A stretch of 64,000 nucleotides of DNA, from the NCBI GenBank assembly GCA_963665325.3, contig OZ224045.1, positions 192,001 to 256,000 of the forward strand, read 5' to 3'. The stretch comes from Alphaproteobacteria bacterium. GTDB lineage: Bacteria > Pseudomonadota > Alphaproteobacteria > Bin95. Positions within the stretch are counted from its first letter, which is position 1. Each line of letters begins with the position of its first letter. The notes beneath the pieces were generated by a model. The model was not told the origin of the DNA. It was given only the letters and a program-made list of their open reading frames with translations, and ran no database searches. The position numbers and the translations under genes are program-made. Below, piece after piece: positions 51,073-60,516 of the stretch.

Positions 51073-52187
51073 GTCTGCGCCGCGTAAGCCGGGCCCTGAC
51101 CCGCCTGTTCCTGCTGATCGTGGTTCCGCTTACCGCCATCGCGATCGGAGCCTATGTCTATCTGACCGGCGGGCGCTATGTGACGACCGAAAACGCCTAT
51201 GTGAAGAACGACATCATCCAGGTCAGCGCAGACGTCGAAGGACGTGTCGTGGATGTCGGCGTCCTTGACCATCGCGAAGTCCGTCCCGGCGACCTCCTGT
51301 TCCGGATCGACCCGGTCCCCTTCGAAATCCGTCTTGCGCGCGCCGAAGCGGAGCTGGGTATGGTACGCGACGAATTGCGCAGCCTGCGGGCCGAATACGA
51401 TGTAGCCGCCGGTCAGGTGGAGGTAACCGAAGGCGAGTTGCATGAGGCGCTCGAGGCCGTTCGCTACCACCGGATGCAGGTGAAGCGCCTGCGCAGCCTG
51501 CAGCGCAGGGGCGCGACGGCTCGAATCAATCTGGAAGCTGCGGAGCACGACCTGGCGGTCGCCCGCCAGCGGACCGAAGTGGTCCGCAAGCAAGCGGAAG
51601 TGGCGCGGAAGCGTATGAGCCGGGTGCTGGTGCAGTTGGGGGGAACTCTCGACACACCTGTCGAGAGCAATCCGATGTACCGCGAAAAGGAATCGCTGCG
51701 CGATGCGGCACGATTCGATCTCGAACGTACCGTTGTCCGTGCTGCGGTCGGCGGCATCGTCAGCAATGTCAAATTGCAGGCCGGCGAATATGTCGAATCC
51801 GGCAGGCCGATATTCTCCATCATCGCCGGGCGCCAGCCATGGGTCGAGGCCAATCTCAAGGAGACGGAGTTGACCCATGTCCGCGTCGGCCAGAAAGCGA
51901 CAGTCGAGGTCGATGCCTATCCGGATGTGGTCTGGCAGGCGGTGGTGGAAAGCATCAGCCCGGCGACAGGTGCGGAATTCGCGGTGCTGCCGCCCCAAAA
52001 TGCGACCGGCAACTGGGTCAAGGTGGTGCAGCGCCTGCCAGTGCGTTTGCAGCTTCAGGAACGGCCCGGCGCGCCTCCCCTGCGTGCCGGCATGACCGTT
52101 TCCGCATCGATCGACACGGTGCGCGAGCGCCATCTGCTGACGGTCATCAAGGAAAGCTGGGCTAGCACCCGGTCCGGCGCCGAATAG
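51069..52187 (+). CDS. HlyD/EmrA family efflux membrane fusion protein
   Basis: TTENAYV, GDLLFRID, WVEANLKETEL, SPATGAEFAVLPPQNATGNWVKVVQRLPVR. Confidence 0.9.
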   Translation: MSLRRVSRALTRLFLLIVVPLTAIAIGAYVYLTGGRYVTTENAYVKNDIIQVSADVEGRVVDVGVLDHREVRPGDLLFRIDPVPFEIRLARAEAELGMVRDELRSLRAEYDVAAGQVEVTEGELHEALEAVRYHRMQVKRLRSLQRRGATARINLEAAEHDLAVARQRTEVVRKQAEVARKRMSRVLVQLGGTLDTPVESNPMYREKESLRDAARFDLERTVVRAAVGGIVSNVKLQAGEYVESGRPIFSIIAGRQPWVEANLKETELTHVRVGQKATVEVDAYPDVVWQAVVESISPATGAEFAVLPPQNATGNWVKVVQRLPVRLQLQERPGAPPLRAGMTVSASIDTVRERHLLTVIKESWASTRSGAE

Positions 52188-52273
52188 GCTGCCCCATGGA
52201 CGAACCGCCGCTTCATCGTAGATAATCGGGGGGTTGGCCGGCGAAGAGACGCTTTAGCCCCAGGAGCCCAGAT

Positions 52274-55200
52274 ATGGCGCTTGCGCAAGTCAAGCTCGAC
52301 GACAAATACATCCTGGACGAAGGACGTGCCCTGCTGACCGGGGCCCAGGCTTTGGTCAGGCTCCCATTGGTGCAGCGCCGCCGCGACCTAGCAGCCGGCC
52401 TCAACACGGCCGGTTTCATTTCCGGCTATCGCGGTTCTCCCCTCGGCGGCTACGATCAGCAGCTCTGGGCGGCCCGCAAGCACCTGCAAGACCACCAGGT
52501 CGTCTTCAAGGCGGGCGTCAACGAAGACCTCGCCGCGACTTCGGTATGGGGAACGCAGCAGTCCGCTTTCTTCGGCGATGCCAAGTATGACGGCGTCTTC
52601 AGCATCTGGTACGGCAAAGGCCCGGGCGTGGACCGGACGGGCGATGCGCTCAAGCACGCCAACCTGTTCGGCACGCACCCGCATGGCGGCGTCATCGCGC
52701 TTGCCGGCGACGACCACGTCGCCAAGAGCTCGACCACGGCGCATCAGAGCGAGTTCGCGTTCGTCGATGCAATGGTGCCGGTCCTGAACCCGTCGGGGGT
52801 GCAGGAGTTCCTCGATTTCGGCCTCTACGGCTTTGCCATGTCGCGCTATGCCGGCCTCTGGGCGGGCTTCATCTGCGTGACGGATACGGTCGACTCCACA
52901 GCGACGGTGGATATCGATCCCGACCGGGTGCAAATCCGGCTTCCGGGCGATTTCGAGATGCCGGAGGGCGGCCCCAACATCCGCTGGCCGGACAATTGGC
53001 TCGACCAGGAGCCGCGCCTGCACAATGTCAAGCTGCCGGCGGCCGTTGCTTTCGTGCGTGCGAACCGGCTCGACCGGGTCGCCGTCGGCGGTCCCGGCCG
53101 GCGGATCGGCATTGTCACCACGGGTAAGTCCTATCTGGATACGCGGCAAGCCCTTTCGGCGCTCGGCATCGACGACGCGACCGCCCGCGAACTCGGAATT
53201 TCCGTTTACAAGGTGGCGCTCTCCTGGCCGATCGAGCCGGAAGGCATGCGCGCGTTCTGCGAAGGCCTCGAAGAGGTCCTCGTCGTCGAAGAGAAGCGCG
53301 GACTGATGGAGCCCCAGATCAAGGAACTGCTCTACAGCACGCCGGCCGACCGCCGGCCCAGGGTAGTCGGTAAGACCGACGAGGCGGGGCGGGAACTGCT
53401 GCGAACGTACCAGGAATTGCAACCGGAAGACGTTGCAGAGGCAATCCTTTCCCGGCTCGGGCGCGTCGCCGATATCGGCCGTTTCGAGTCCCGGCTGGCT
53501 GCAATCCGGGAGGTAACGCGCCAGTCGGGCGGCAACCAGCCCAGCCTGGTGCGCACGCCGTCCTTCTGCTCCGGCTGCCCGCACAATTCCGGCACCAAGC
53601 TGCCGGACGGGTCGCGGGCGTTCTCGGGCATCGGCTGCCACTTCATGGCGCAATGGGTCGATCCGGAGAAGACCGCCACCTACACCCATATGGGCGCGGA
53701 AGGCGCGACCTGGGCCGGGCTGCACCACTTCGTCGAAACGCCGCACATCTTCCAGAATATCGGCGACGGCACCTACTACCATTCCGGCATTCTGGCAGTG
53801 CGCGCGGCCGTCGCGTCCGGCGCCAGCATGACCTACAAGGTGCTCTACAACGACGCCGTCGCGATGACCGGCGGCCAGCCGGTGGACGGACCGCTGTCGC
53901 CGGCGATGGTGACGCAGCAGCTTGCCGCCGAGGGTGTAAAGCCGATCTATCTCGTCACCGATACGCCGGAAGCCTATGAAAAAGCGCGAGACCTCGCGCC
54001 CGGCACAGTGGTCAAGCACCGCTCGGAAATGAACCTGGTCCAGATCGAGCTGCGGGAAATCGAAGGCGTTTCAGGCCTCGTCTATGTGCAGACTTGCGCT
54101 GCCGAGAAGCGACGCCGGCGCAAGCGCGGCGCCTTCCCGAACCCGCCCAAGCGCATGTTCATCAACCCCGCCGTCTGCGAGGGTTGCGGCGATTGCGGGG
54201 TCAAGTCGAATTGCGTCTCGGTCATCCCCGTCGAAACCGAGTTCGGCCGCAAGCGGATGATCGACCAGTCGGCCTGCAACAAGGATTATTCCTGCCTGAA
54301 CGGCTTCTGCCCGAGCTTCGTCACCGTCTATGACGCCGAGCCGCGCAAGGGCGAGCCGGCCGGCCAGGCGCCGGGACCGCTGGAGGTCCTGCCGGAACCC
54401 ACGCTCCCGGCGACCGACGAGCCCTATTCCATGATGATCGACGGGATCGGCGGCACGGGCGTCATCACCGTCGGTGCGCTGCTGGCCATGGCGGCCCATC
54501 TGGAGGGCAAGGCGGCCACCGTGATGGACATGACGGGCCTCGCTCAGAAAGGCGGCGCCGTCTGGAGCCACTTGCGGATCGCCGACGATCTGGAGGACCT
54601 GCACAGCGTGCGCGTCGGCCTCGGCGGCGGGCGCGCCCTGATCGGCTGCGACCTGGTGACCTCAAGCCAGGTCGATACGCTCTCCAGGCTGGCGCGAGGC
54701 TCCAGCCGGGCGGTCATCAATACATATCGCACCTACACGAACGAGTTCGCCCGCAATCCCGACATGTCGTTCCCGGACGACGAGCTGCGGACCCGGATCG
54801 AGGCAGCGCTCGGCGGCGATGCCGTGGAAATGATCGACGCCACCCGCCTGGCCACCGCGCTTCTGGGCGACGCCATCGGCTCCAACCTCTTCATGACCGG
54901 TTTCGCTTACCAGAGGGGTCTGGTTCCCGTCAGCGGCGAGGCCATCGAGCGGGCGATCGAGCTCAACGGCGTCGCCGTCGAGATGAACAAGACCGCATTC
55001 GATTGGGGCCGGCGCGCCGCGCACGATCTCGCGTTCGTGGAGCGCATCGCATACCCGGCGGACACGAGGAACGAGCGCCCCACTCTGGAAAGCCTGGATG
55101 ATACGGTCGCCCGCAGGGCGGCGTTCCTGACCGACTATCAGAATGCTGCCTACGCGGCGCGTTACACCTCGCTTGTGAACCGTGTGCGCGAAGCGGAGGC

Positions 55201-55747
55201 CATCGAGGGTGGCGGGCCGCTGTCCCAGGCCGTGGCCCGCTACTACTTCAAGCTGCTCGCCTACAAGGACGAATACGAGGTCGCACGTCTCCACGCTTCC
55301 GGCGATCTCCGCCAGCAGATCTCGCGGCAGTTCGAGGACGGCTACCGGCTGGAATTCAATCTGGCGCCACCGCTCTTCGCTAGGAAGGACCCGGTCACCG
55401 GCGAGCCCCGTAAGATGCGCTTCGGCTCGTGGATGCTGCATGTCTTCAAGCTGCTGGCGGCTATGCGCGGCCTGCGCGGCACGGCTTTCGACCCCTTCGG
55501 ACGGACCGAGGAACGCCGCCGCGAGCGCGCGCTCATCGTGCAATATGAAGGCGATGTCGAAGAGATCCTTCGCCGCTTCGGCCCGGAGACCCGCGCCGCC
55601 ACCGTCGATCTGGCGAGTGTACCGGAACATATTCGCGGCTACGGCCATGTGAAGCTGCGTCACCTCGAAGTTGCCGAGAAGCGCCGGGCGGCACTTCTAG
55701 AAGCGCTTCACGATCCGAAGAAACACGCTGTCGCCGCCGCAGAGTAG
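52274..55747 (+). CDS. Indolepyruvate:ferredoxin oxidoreductase, fused alpha/beta type
   Basis: SGYRGSPLGG, NEDLAAT, FCSGCPHN, GDGTYYHSG, CEGCGDC ferredoxin motif, GIGGTG, AQKGG, IRGYGHVK. Confidence 0.92.
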   Translation: MALAQVKLDDKYILDEGRALLTGAQALVRLPLVQRRRDLAAGLNTAGFISGYRGSPLGGYDQQLWAARKHLQDHQVVFKAGVNEDLAATSVWGTQQSAFFGDAKYDGVFSIWYGKGPGVDRTGDALKHANLFGTHPHGGVIALAGDDHVAKSSTTAHQSEFAFVDAMVPVLNPSGVQEFLDFGLYGFAMSRYAGLWAGFICVTDTVDSTATVDIDPDRVQIRLPGDFEMPEGGPNIRWPDNWLDQEPRLHNVKLPAAVAFVRANRLDRVAVGGPGRRIGIVTTGKSYLDTRQALSALGIDDATARELGISVYKVALSWPIEPEGMRAFCEGLEEVLVVEEKRGLMEPQIKELLYSTPADRRPRVVGKTDEAGRELLRTYQELQPEDVAEAILSRLGRVADIGRFESRLAAIREVTRQSGGNQPSLVRTPSFCSGCPHNSGTKLPDGSRAFSGIGCHFMAQWVDPEKTATYTHMGAEGATWAGLHHFVETPHIFQNIGDGTYYHSGILAVRAAVASGASMTYKVLYNDAVAMTGGQPVDGPLSPAMVTQQLAAEGVKPIYLVTDTPEAYEKARDLAPGTVVKHRSEMNLVQIELREIEGVSGLVYVQTCAAEKRRRRKRGAFPNPPKRMFINPAVCEGCGDCGVKSNCVSVIPVETEFGRKRMIDQSACNKDYSCLNGFCPSFVTVYDAEPRKGEPAGQAPGPLEVLPEPTLPATDEPYSMMIDGIGGTGVITVGALLAMAAHLEGKAATVMDMTGLAQKGGAVWSHLRIADDLEDLHSVRVGLGGGRALIGCDLVTSSQVDTLSRLARGSSRAVINTYRTYTNEFARNPDMSFPDDELRTRIEAALGGDAVEMIDATRLATALLGDAIGSNLFMTGFAYQRGLVPVSGEAIERAIELNGVAVEMNKTAFDWGRRAAHDLAFVERIAYPADTRNERPTLESLDDTVARRAAFLTDYQNAAYAARYTSLVNRVREAEAIEGGGPLSQAVARYYFKLLAYKDEYEVARLHASGDLRQQISRQFEDGYRLEFNLAPPLFARKDPVTGEPRKMRFGSWMLHVFKLLAAMRGLRGTAFDPFGRTEERRRERALIVQYEGDVEEILRRFGPETRAATVDLASVPEHIRGYGHVKLRHLEVAEKRRAALLEALHDPKKHAVAAAE

Positions 55748-55760
55748 GAGCCCTCTGAGT

Positions 55761-56453
55761 ATGAATGGTACGGAAACCGCGATCGTTATCGGGGTCGGGC
55801 CGGGGCTCGGCGCCTCGCTCGGACGAATTTTCTCCCGGGCAGGCATGAAGGTCGCGCTCGCGGCGCGCACGCCGGCGAAGCTGGAGCCCATGGCCGCCGA
55901 GATGGGCGACGGTGTGAGCATTCATGCCTGCGACGCCACGGACGATGCTAGCGTCAAGGCCTTGTTCGCTGCGGTTTCGGATCCGGACATCGTCGTATTC
56001 AACGCCTCCGGCCGTGTACGCGGGAGCATTGTGGACATCGAAACCGAAGAGTTCGAGCAGGCGTGGCGACAGGCCTGCCTCGGCGGTTTCATCGTCGGCC
56101 GCGAGGCTGCGAGAGCCATGCTGCCGCGCGGGTCGGGCAGCATCTTCTTCACCGGAGCCACGGCGTCGGTGAAGGGCTATGCCAAGTCGGCAAGTTTTGC
56201 GGTCGGCAAGTTCGGCCTGCGGGCCCTGGCGCAGTCGATGGCGCGGGACTTCGGCCCTCGGGGCCTGCATATCGCGCATTTCATCATCGACGGCGGCATA
56301 CTGGGCCCGCATCACGCGCCCGACCCCGATCTGCCCGAAGACCACCTTCTGGTCCCGGACTCGATTGCCGAGACCTATCTGCATGTCCATCGCCAGCATC
56401 GCTCCGCCTGGGCGCAGGAGGTTGATCTGCGGCCGTGGGCGGAATCGTTCTGA
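55761..56453 (+). CDS. Atypical short-chain dehydrogenase/reductase
   Basis: GVGPGLG, FTGATAS, FAVGKFGLR, HFIIDG, DLRPWAESF. Confidence 0.85.
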   Translation: MNGTETAIVIGVGPGLGASLGRIFSRAGMKVALAARTPAKLEPMAAEMGDGVSIHACDATDDASVKALFAAVSDPDIVVFNASGRVRGSIVDIETEEFEQAWRQACLGGFIVGREAARAMLPRGSGSIFFTGATASVKGYAKSASFAVGKFGLRALAQSMARDFGPRGLHIAHFIIDGGILGPHHAPDPDLPEDHLLVPDSIAETYLHVHRQHRSAWAQEVDLRPWAESF

Positions 56454-56488
56454 CGAGTTCGCAGGCCTGAGCGGCCGCGAATGCGAGG

Positions 56489-56950
56489 ATGAGCATGGCA
56501 AGGCGTGTGCTGATTCTGAACGGGCCCAACCTGAACATGCTCGGTCAGCGCCAGCCCGAAATCTACGGGCGGACGACCCTTGCCGAGATTACCGCCAACG
56601 TCGAGGCCGCCGCCGGCGACCTCGGCATGGAAGCGGTTTGCCGGCAGAGCAATCACGAAGGCGCACTCGTCACCTGGATTCAGGAGGCACGCGCGGACTT
56701 CGACGCCATCGTCATCAATGCGGCGGCCTATACCCACACATCGGTCGCGCTGCTGGACGCGCTCACGCTCTTCGAGGGGCCGGTCGTCGAAGTCCATCTT
56801 TCGAACATCCACAGGCGTGAAGCATTCCGCCATCGTTCCTATATATCGGGTGCGGCGCTCGGCATGATCGCGGGCTTCGGCCCCGTCGGGTACCGCCTGG
56901 CCCTGTTGGCCCTGGATGACCGCTGGCGCACGGATGAGAAGATGCCATGA
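56489..56950 (+). CDS. aroQ: Type II 3-dehydroquinate dehydratase
   Basis: [44 protein letters not shown]. Confidence 0.96.
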   Translation: MSMARRVLILNGPNLNMLGQRQPEIYGRTTLAEITANVEAAAGDLGMEAVCRQSNHEGALVTWIQEARADFDAIVINAAAYTHTSVALLDALTLFEGPVVEVHLSNIHRREAFRHRSYISGAALGMIAGFGPVGYRLALLALDDRWRTDEKMP

Positions 56951-57405
56951 GCCGTTTTGACATCGATGAGGACGCTGTTCGCCGTCTGGCCGGGTTGCTG
57001 GAAGAGACCGGCGTTTCCGAAATCGAGTATCGCGACGGCAATCGCAGCCTTCGGATTTCGGCGCGCGCCCCCGCGCCAGCTCCCCTGCCAGCGGCTCCTC
57101 CCGTAACGTCGGGGCAGCCGGTGGCGGTCGATCCGGTCGCAGCACCTCCGCAGCCTCCTGCGGCAGTGGAAGGCGTGCCTGTCACTGCGCCCATCGTTGG
57201 CACGGTCTATCTTCAGCCGGATCCTCAGCAGTCCGCATTTGTACAGGTAGGCGACCGCGTTCAGGCGGGGCAGATACTGCTGATTATCGAGGCGATGAAG
57301 GTCTACAACCAGATTCCTGCGCCTAGCGACGGCGTCGTGCGGCAGATTCTCGTCTCCAGCGGCGATCCTGTCGAATATGGCGAGACCCTGATGATTCTCG
57401 GCTGA
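56947..57405 (+). CDS. accB: Acetyl-CoA carboxylase biotin carboxyl carrier protein
   Basis: Pro/Ala-rich linker, IEAMK biotinylation motif, PVEYG. Confidence 0.95.
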   Translation: MSRFDIDEDAVRRLAGLLEETGVSEIEYRDGNRSLRISARAPAPAPLPAAPPVTSGQPVAVDPVAAPPQPPAAVEGVPVTAPIVGTVYLQPDPQQSAFVQVGDRVQAGQILLIIEAMKVYNQIPAPSDGVVRQILVSSGDPVEYGETLMILG

Positions 57406-57409
57406 GCCG

Positions 57410-58750
57410 GTGTTCGAAAAGGTCCTGATCGCCAATCGTGGCGAGATCGCGCTTCGCATCATCCGCGCCTGCCGGGATCTCGGCATCCGTACGGTCGCGG
57501 TTCATTCAACCATCGACTCCGAGGCCATGCATGTGCGCCTTGCAGATGAAAGCGTGTGCATCGGCCCGCCGGCGCCGCGCGACAGCTATCTGAGCATGGC
57601 GGCGCTGGTATCGGCAGCCAGCGTGGCCGGCGCCGACGCGATTCATCCGGGCCTCGGCTTCCTCGCGGAAAACGCCACATTCGCGCAGGTCGTCACAGAT
57701 CACGGCTTTACCTTTATCGGGCCGAGCCCGGACCATATCGCCACGATGGGCGACAAGATCGCCGCCAAGGCAGCCATGGTGGAGGTCGGCATCTCGCCGG
57801 TGCCCGGCAGCGATGCTGCAGTCGAGAGCGACGCGGAAGCGGCGCGGATCGCCGAGGAGATCGGCTACCCGGTGCTCGTGAAGGCGGCGGCCGGGGGCGG
57901 CGGCCGCGGGATGCAAATCGCTCGCGAGCCGACGATCCTTGCACCGGCACTCGCGTTGGCGCGGCGCGAGGCCGCCGGCGCTTTCGGCGACTCCCGAGTG
58001 TTCATCGAGAAGTTCATCGAAAAACCGCGCCACATCGAGATTCAGATTCTTGCCGATTCCCATGGCAACGCCGTTCACCTGGGGGAGCGCGATTGCTCCA
58101 TCCAGCGCCGCCACCAGAAGGTAATCGAGGAGTCGCCCTCCCCCGTCCTGGACGATGCGGTGCGGGCAGAGATCGGCGCGCGGGCCGCGACGGCAGTCCG
58201 CCAGCTCGGCTATCTCGGCGCGGGCACGCTGGAGTTCCTCTTCGACGGCCGGGACTTCCACTTCATTGAAATGAACACGCGCCTCCAGGTCGAGCACCCG
58301 GTTACCGAAATGGTGACCGGGGTCGATCTCGTGCGCGAGCAGTTGGAGATTGCGGCCGGCGGCAAGCTACAGTTCGGGCAGGACGATGTGCGCTTCGACG
58401 GCCATGCCATCGAATGCCGGGTCAATGCCGAGGATGCCCGCACCTTCGTGCCTTCGCCCGGACGGGTTCGCGAATACCACCCCCCGGGAGGCCCCGGAGT
58501 GCGGGTCGATTCCGCCCTGTTCGCCGGCTGCATGGTTCCGCCGCACTATGACAGCCTGATCGCCAAGCTCATCGTGCATGGGCCCGACCGCGCGACCGCC
58601 GTCGCCCGGCTTGCACGCGCCCTCGACGAATATGTCATCGAGGGCATAGACACCAATCTCGAGCTCCACCGGGGCATTGCAGGCAATCGGGACTTCAGCA
58701 GCGGAGCCTACGACATACACTGGCTCGAGCGCTGGATGGACGGCGCTTGA
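57410..58750 (+). CDS. accC: Acetyl-CoA carboxylase biotin carboxylase subunit
   Basis: KVLIANRGEIA, GGGGRGM, ERDCSIQRRHQK, EMNTRLQVEH, YDSLIAK. Confidence 0.96.
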   Translation: MFEKVLIANRGEIALRIIRACRDLGIRTVAVHSTIDSEAMHVRLADESVCIGPPAPRDSYLSMAALVSAASVAGADAIHPGLGFLAENATFAQVVTDHGFTFIGPSPDHIATMGDKIAAKAAMVEVGISPVPGSDAAVESDAEAARIAEEIGYPVLVKAAAGGGGRGMQIAREPTILAPALALARREAAGAFGDSRVFIEKFIEKPRHIEIQILADSHGNAVHLGERDCSIQRRHQKVIEESPSPVLDDAVRAEIGARAATAVRQLGYLGAGTLEFLFDGRDFHFIEMNTRLQVEHPVTEMVTGVDLVREQLEIAAGGKLQFGQDDVRFDGHAIECRVNAEDARTFVPSPGRVREYHPPGGPGVRVDSALFAGCMVPPHYDSLIAKLIVHGPDRATAVARLARALDEYVIEGIDTNLELHRGIAGNRDFSSGAYDIHWLERWMDGA

Positions 58751-59427
58751 AGCGGATTTCGGCGGAAATGCTGCTGACGGCCTACCGCCTGGGGCTTTTT
58801 CCCATGGCGGACGGGCGTCGCTCGAACACGCTCTACTGGCTCGACCCGCGCCGGCGCGGCATCATCCCGCTCGACCGGTTCCGGGTGTCCCGGCGCCTCG
58901 GCCGCACCGTTCGCCGGGGCCGCTTCGAGGTTCGGGTCGATTGCGACTTCGACGCGGTGATCGCCGCCTGCGCCGAGCCGCGCTCCGACGACGGCGATAC
59001 CTGGATCAACGACGACATCCTGCGCCTGTACAAGGAACTGTTCCAAGAAGGCGCCGCGCACAGCGTGGAGTGCCGGCTGGACGGGCAGTTAACAGGTGGT
59101 CTCTACGGCGTTTCGGTCGGCGGTGCCTTCTTCGGCGAGAGCATGTTTTCGCGGGTCCGGGACGCCAGCAAGGTGGCGCTCGTCCACCTGGCGGCCCGCC
59201 TCAGTGTCGGCGGCTATCTCCTTCTGGACACGCAGTTCGTTACCGAGCATCTCGCAACATTCGGCGCCATAGAGATCAGCCGTACGGACTATCGACGCCG
59301 CCTCAGCGCCGCCATCCACGTGGACACCGAACTGCCGCAGGATTTGCCGGAAGGCGCGCTGGAGCGCTTTCTCGCCTCGGCGCGCCCTACGCCGCTTCCA
59401 GAGGCACCACGGGCACTGCGTCCTTGA
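58747..59427 (+). CDS. aat: Leucyl/phenylalanyl-tRNA--protein transferase
   Basis: AYRLGLFPMA, TWIN, AHSVE, GGLYGV, FFGESMFS, DASKVAL, LDTQF. Confidence 0.93.
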   Translation: MKRISAEMLLTAYRLGLFPMADGRRSNTLYWLDPRRRGIIPLDRFRVSRRLGRTVRRGRFEVRVDCDFDAVIAACAEPRSDDGDTWINDDILRLYKELFQEGAAHSVECRLDGQLTGGLYGVSVGGAFFGESMFSRVRDASKVALVHLAARLSVGGYLLLDTQFVTEHLATFGAIEISRTDYRRRLSAAIHVDTELPQDLPEGALERFLASARPTPLPEAPRALRP

Positions 59428-60430
59428 CCACGATACCGCCCCGGTCGCCGGCCCGGATGCTGCCGTAACGGGCGGCGAAGGCTTCCGGAAGCCGGCGCCC
59501 TTCGGGCGGGCACAGCCAGAGCCGCAGCAGGTGGCGGCGGCGCTCCGGCTCCGGCCAGTCCTCGAAGGCCGTGCGGTCGTGCAGGATCACATGGTTGCAC
59601 AGGAACTGCATGTCGCCGGCCTCGAAAGCCATGTCGAGCCGGAATTCGTCGCTGTTGCAGAGCGAGTCGAACAGGTCGAGGGCTTCCACCTGTTTCGGCG
59701 TCAGCGCCGGCACCTCCGCAAAGCGGCGCGCCGACTCGATGTAGCGCCGCGTATAGATCGTGGTCAGCTCGCCATCGACCCGGTTGAAGACCGGCAAGGT
59801 GAACCAGGGCTTCATGCCTTCCGGTACCTCGCCGCGTCGGTCGACAAAGAAGGGCTCATAGAGCTCGGCGGCCAGGTCCGGCCGGCTTTGCGCCATCTCG
59901 TTGTGGACGGCAACGGAACTCACGATGGAGCTCAGGCCGCCGGAGCGGGCGGGTTGCAGGCACATCAATGCGACGATATCCACCGAATCGGTATGAAACA
60001 GCTGGCGTTCGCGGGTCTGGTAAACGCGAACATTAGGGTCGCTGCTGTGCAGGCCCATGTCCTTCACATGGCCCATCAGGTGGCCCTTGGCGTTCTGCGA
60101 GCGGGCGCTGCCGAAATGCGCGCCGATACCCCAGAAGGCGGCCACGGCCTCTTCCCGGCTCATCCTGCGGACCGGCAGCCCGCGAAGCAGGAAGAACCCC
60201 CTGCCGTCCAGCAATTCGCGCCTGAGCCCGGCCAGCTTCGGGCCGAGCGTCGCCAGTGGGAACGCTTCCCGGTCAACCTCGATCAACGGTCGGTCGATTG
60301 CGGCCACCGCGGCATCGACCTCGGCGACCTCCGCTTCGGTCAGGCGGTATTCCCAAACGTCTTGCGCCACCATCTCCCGGCCGCGCCAGGCTGCCGGGCT
60401 GTCGAGGACTTCTGGAGATAGGGTCGTCAT
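59387..60430 (-). CDS. TauD/TfdA family Fe(II)/2OG dioxygenase
   Basis: FHTD, GDMQFLCNH..LHDRT, RHLLRLWL. Confidence 0.85.
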   Translation of the reverse strand: MTTLSPEVLDSPAAWRGREMVAQDVWEYRLTEAEVAEVDAAVAAIDRPLIEVDREAFPLATLGPKLAGLRRELLDGRGFFLLRGLPVRRMSREEAVAAFWGIGAHFGSARSQNAKGHLMGHVKDMGLHSSDPNVRVYQTRERQLFHTDSVDIVALMCLQPARSGGLSSIVSSVAVHNEMAQSRPDLAAELYEPFFVDRRGEVPEGMKPWFTLPVFNRVDGELTTIYTRRYIESARRFAEVPALTPKQVEALDLFDSLCNSDEFRLDMAFEAGDMQFLCNHVILHDRTAFEDWPEPERRRHLLRLWLCPPEGRRLPEAFAARYGSIRAGDRGGIVVKDAVPVVPLEAA

Positions 60431-60516
60431 GCCATGCTCTTCCGGTCGATCTCGGTGCTGGAGACCATAATCCCGATGTTGTCCCTTGAATCAATGGCGC
60501 GGGAGCGCCCGGCGCC

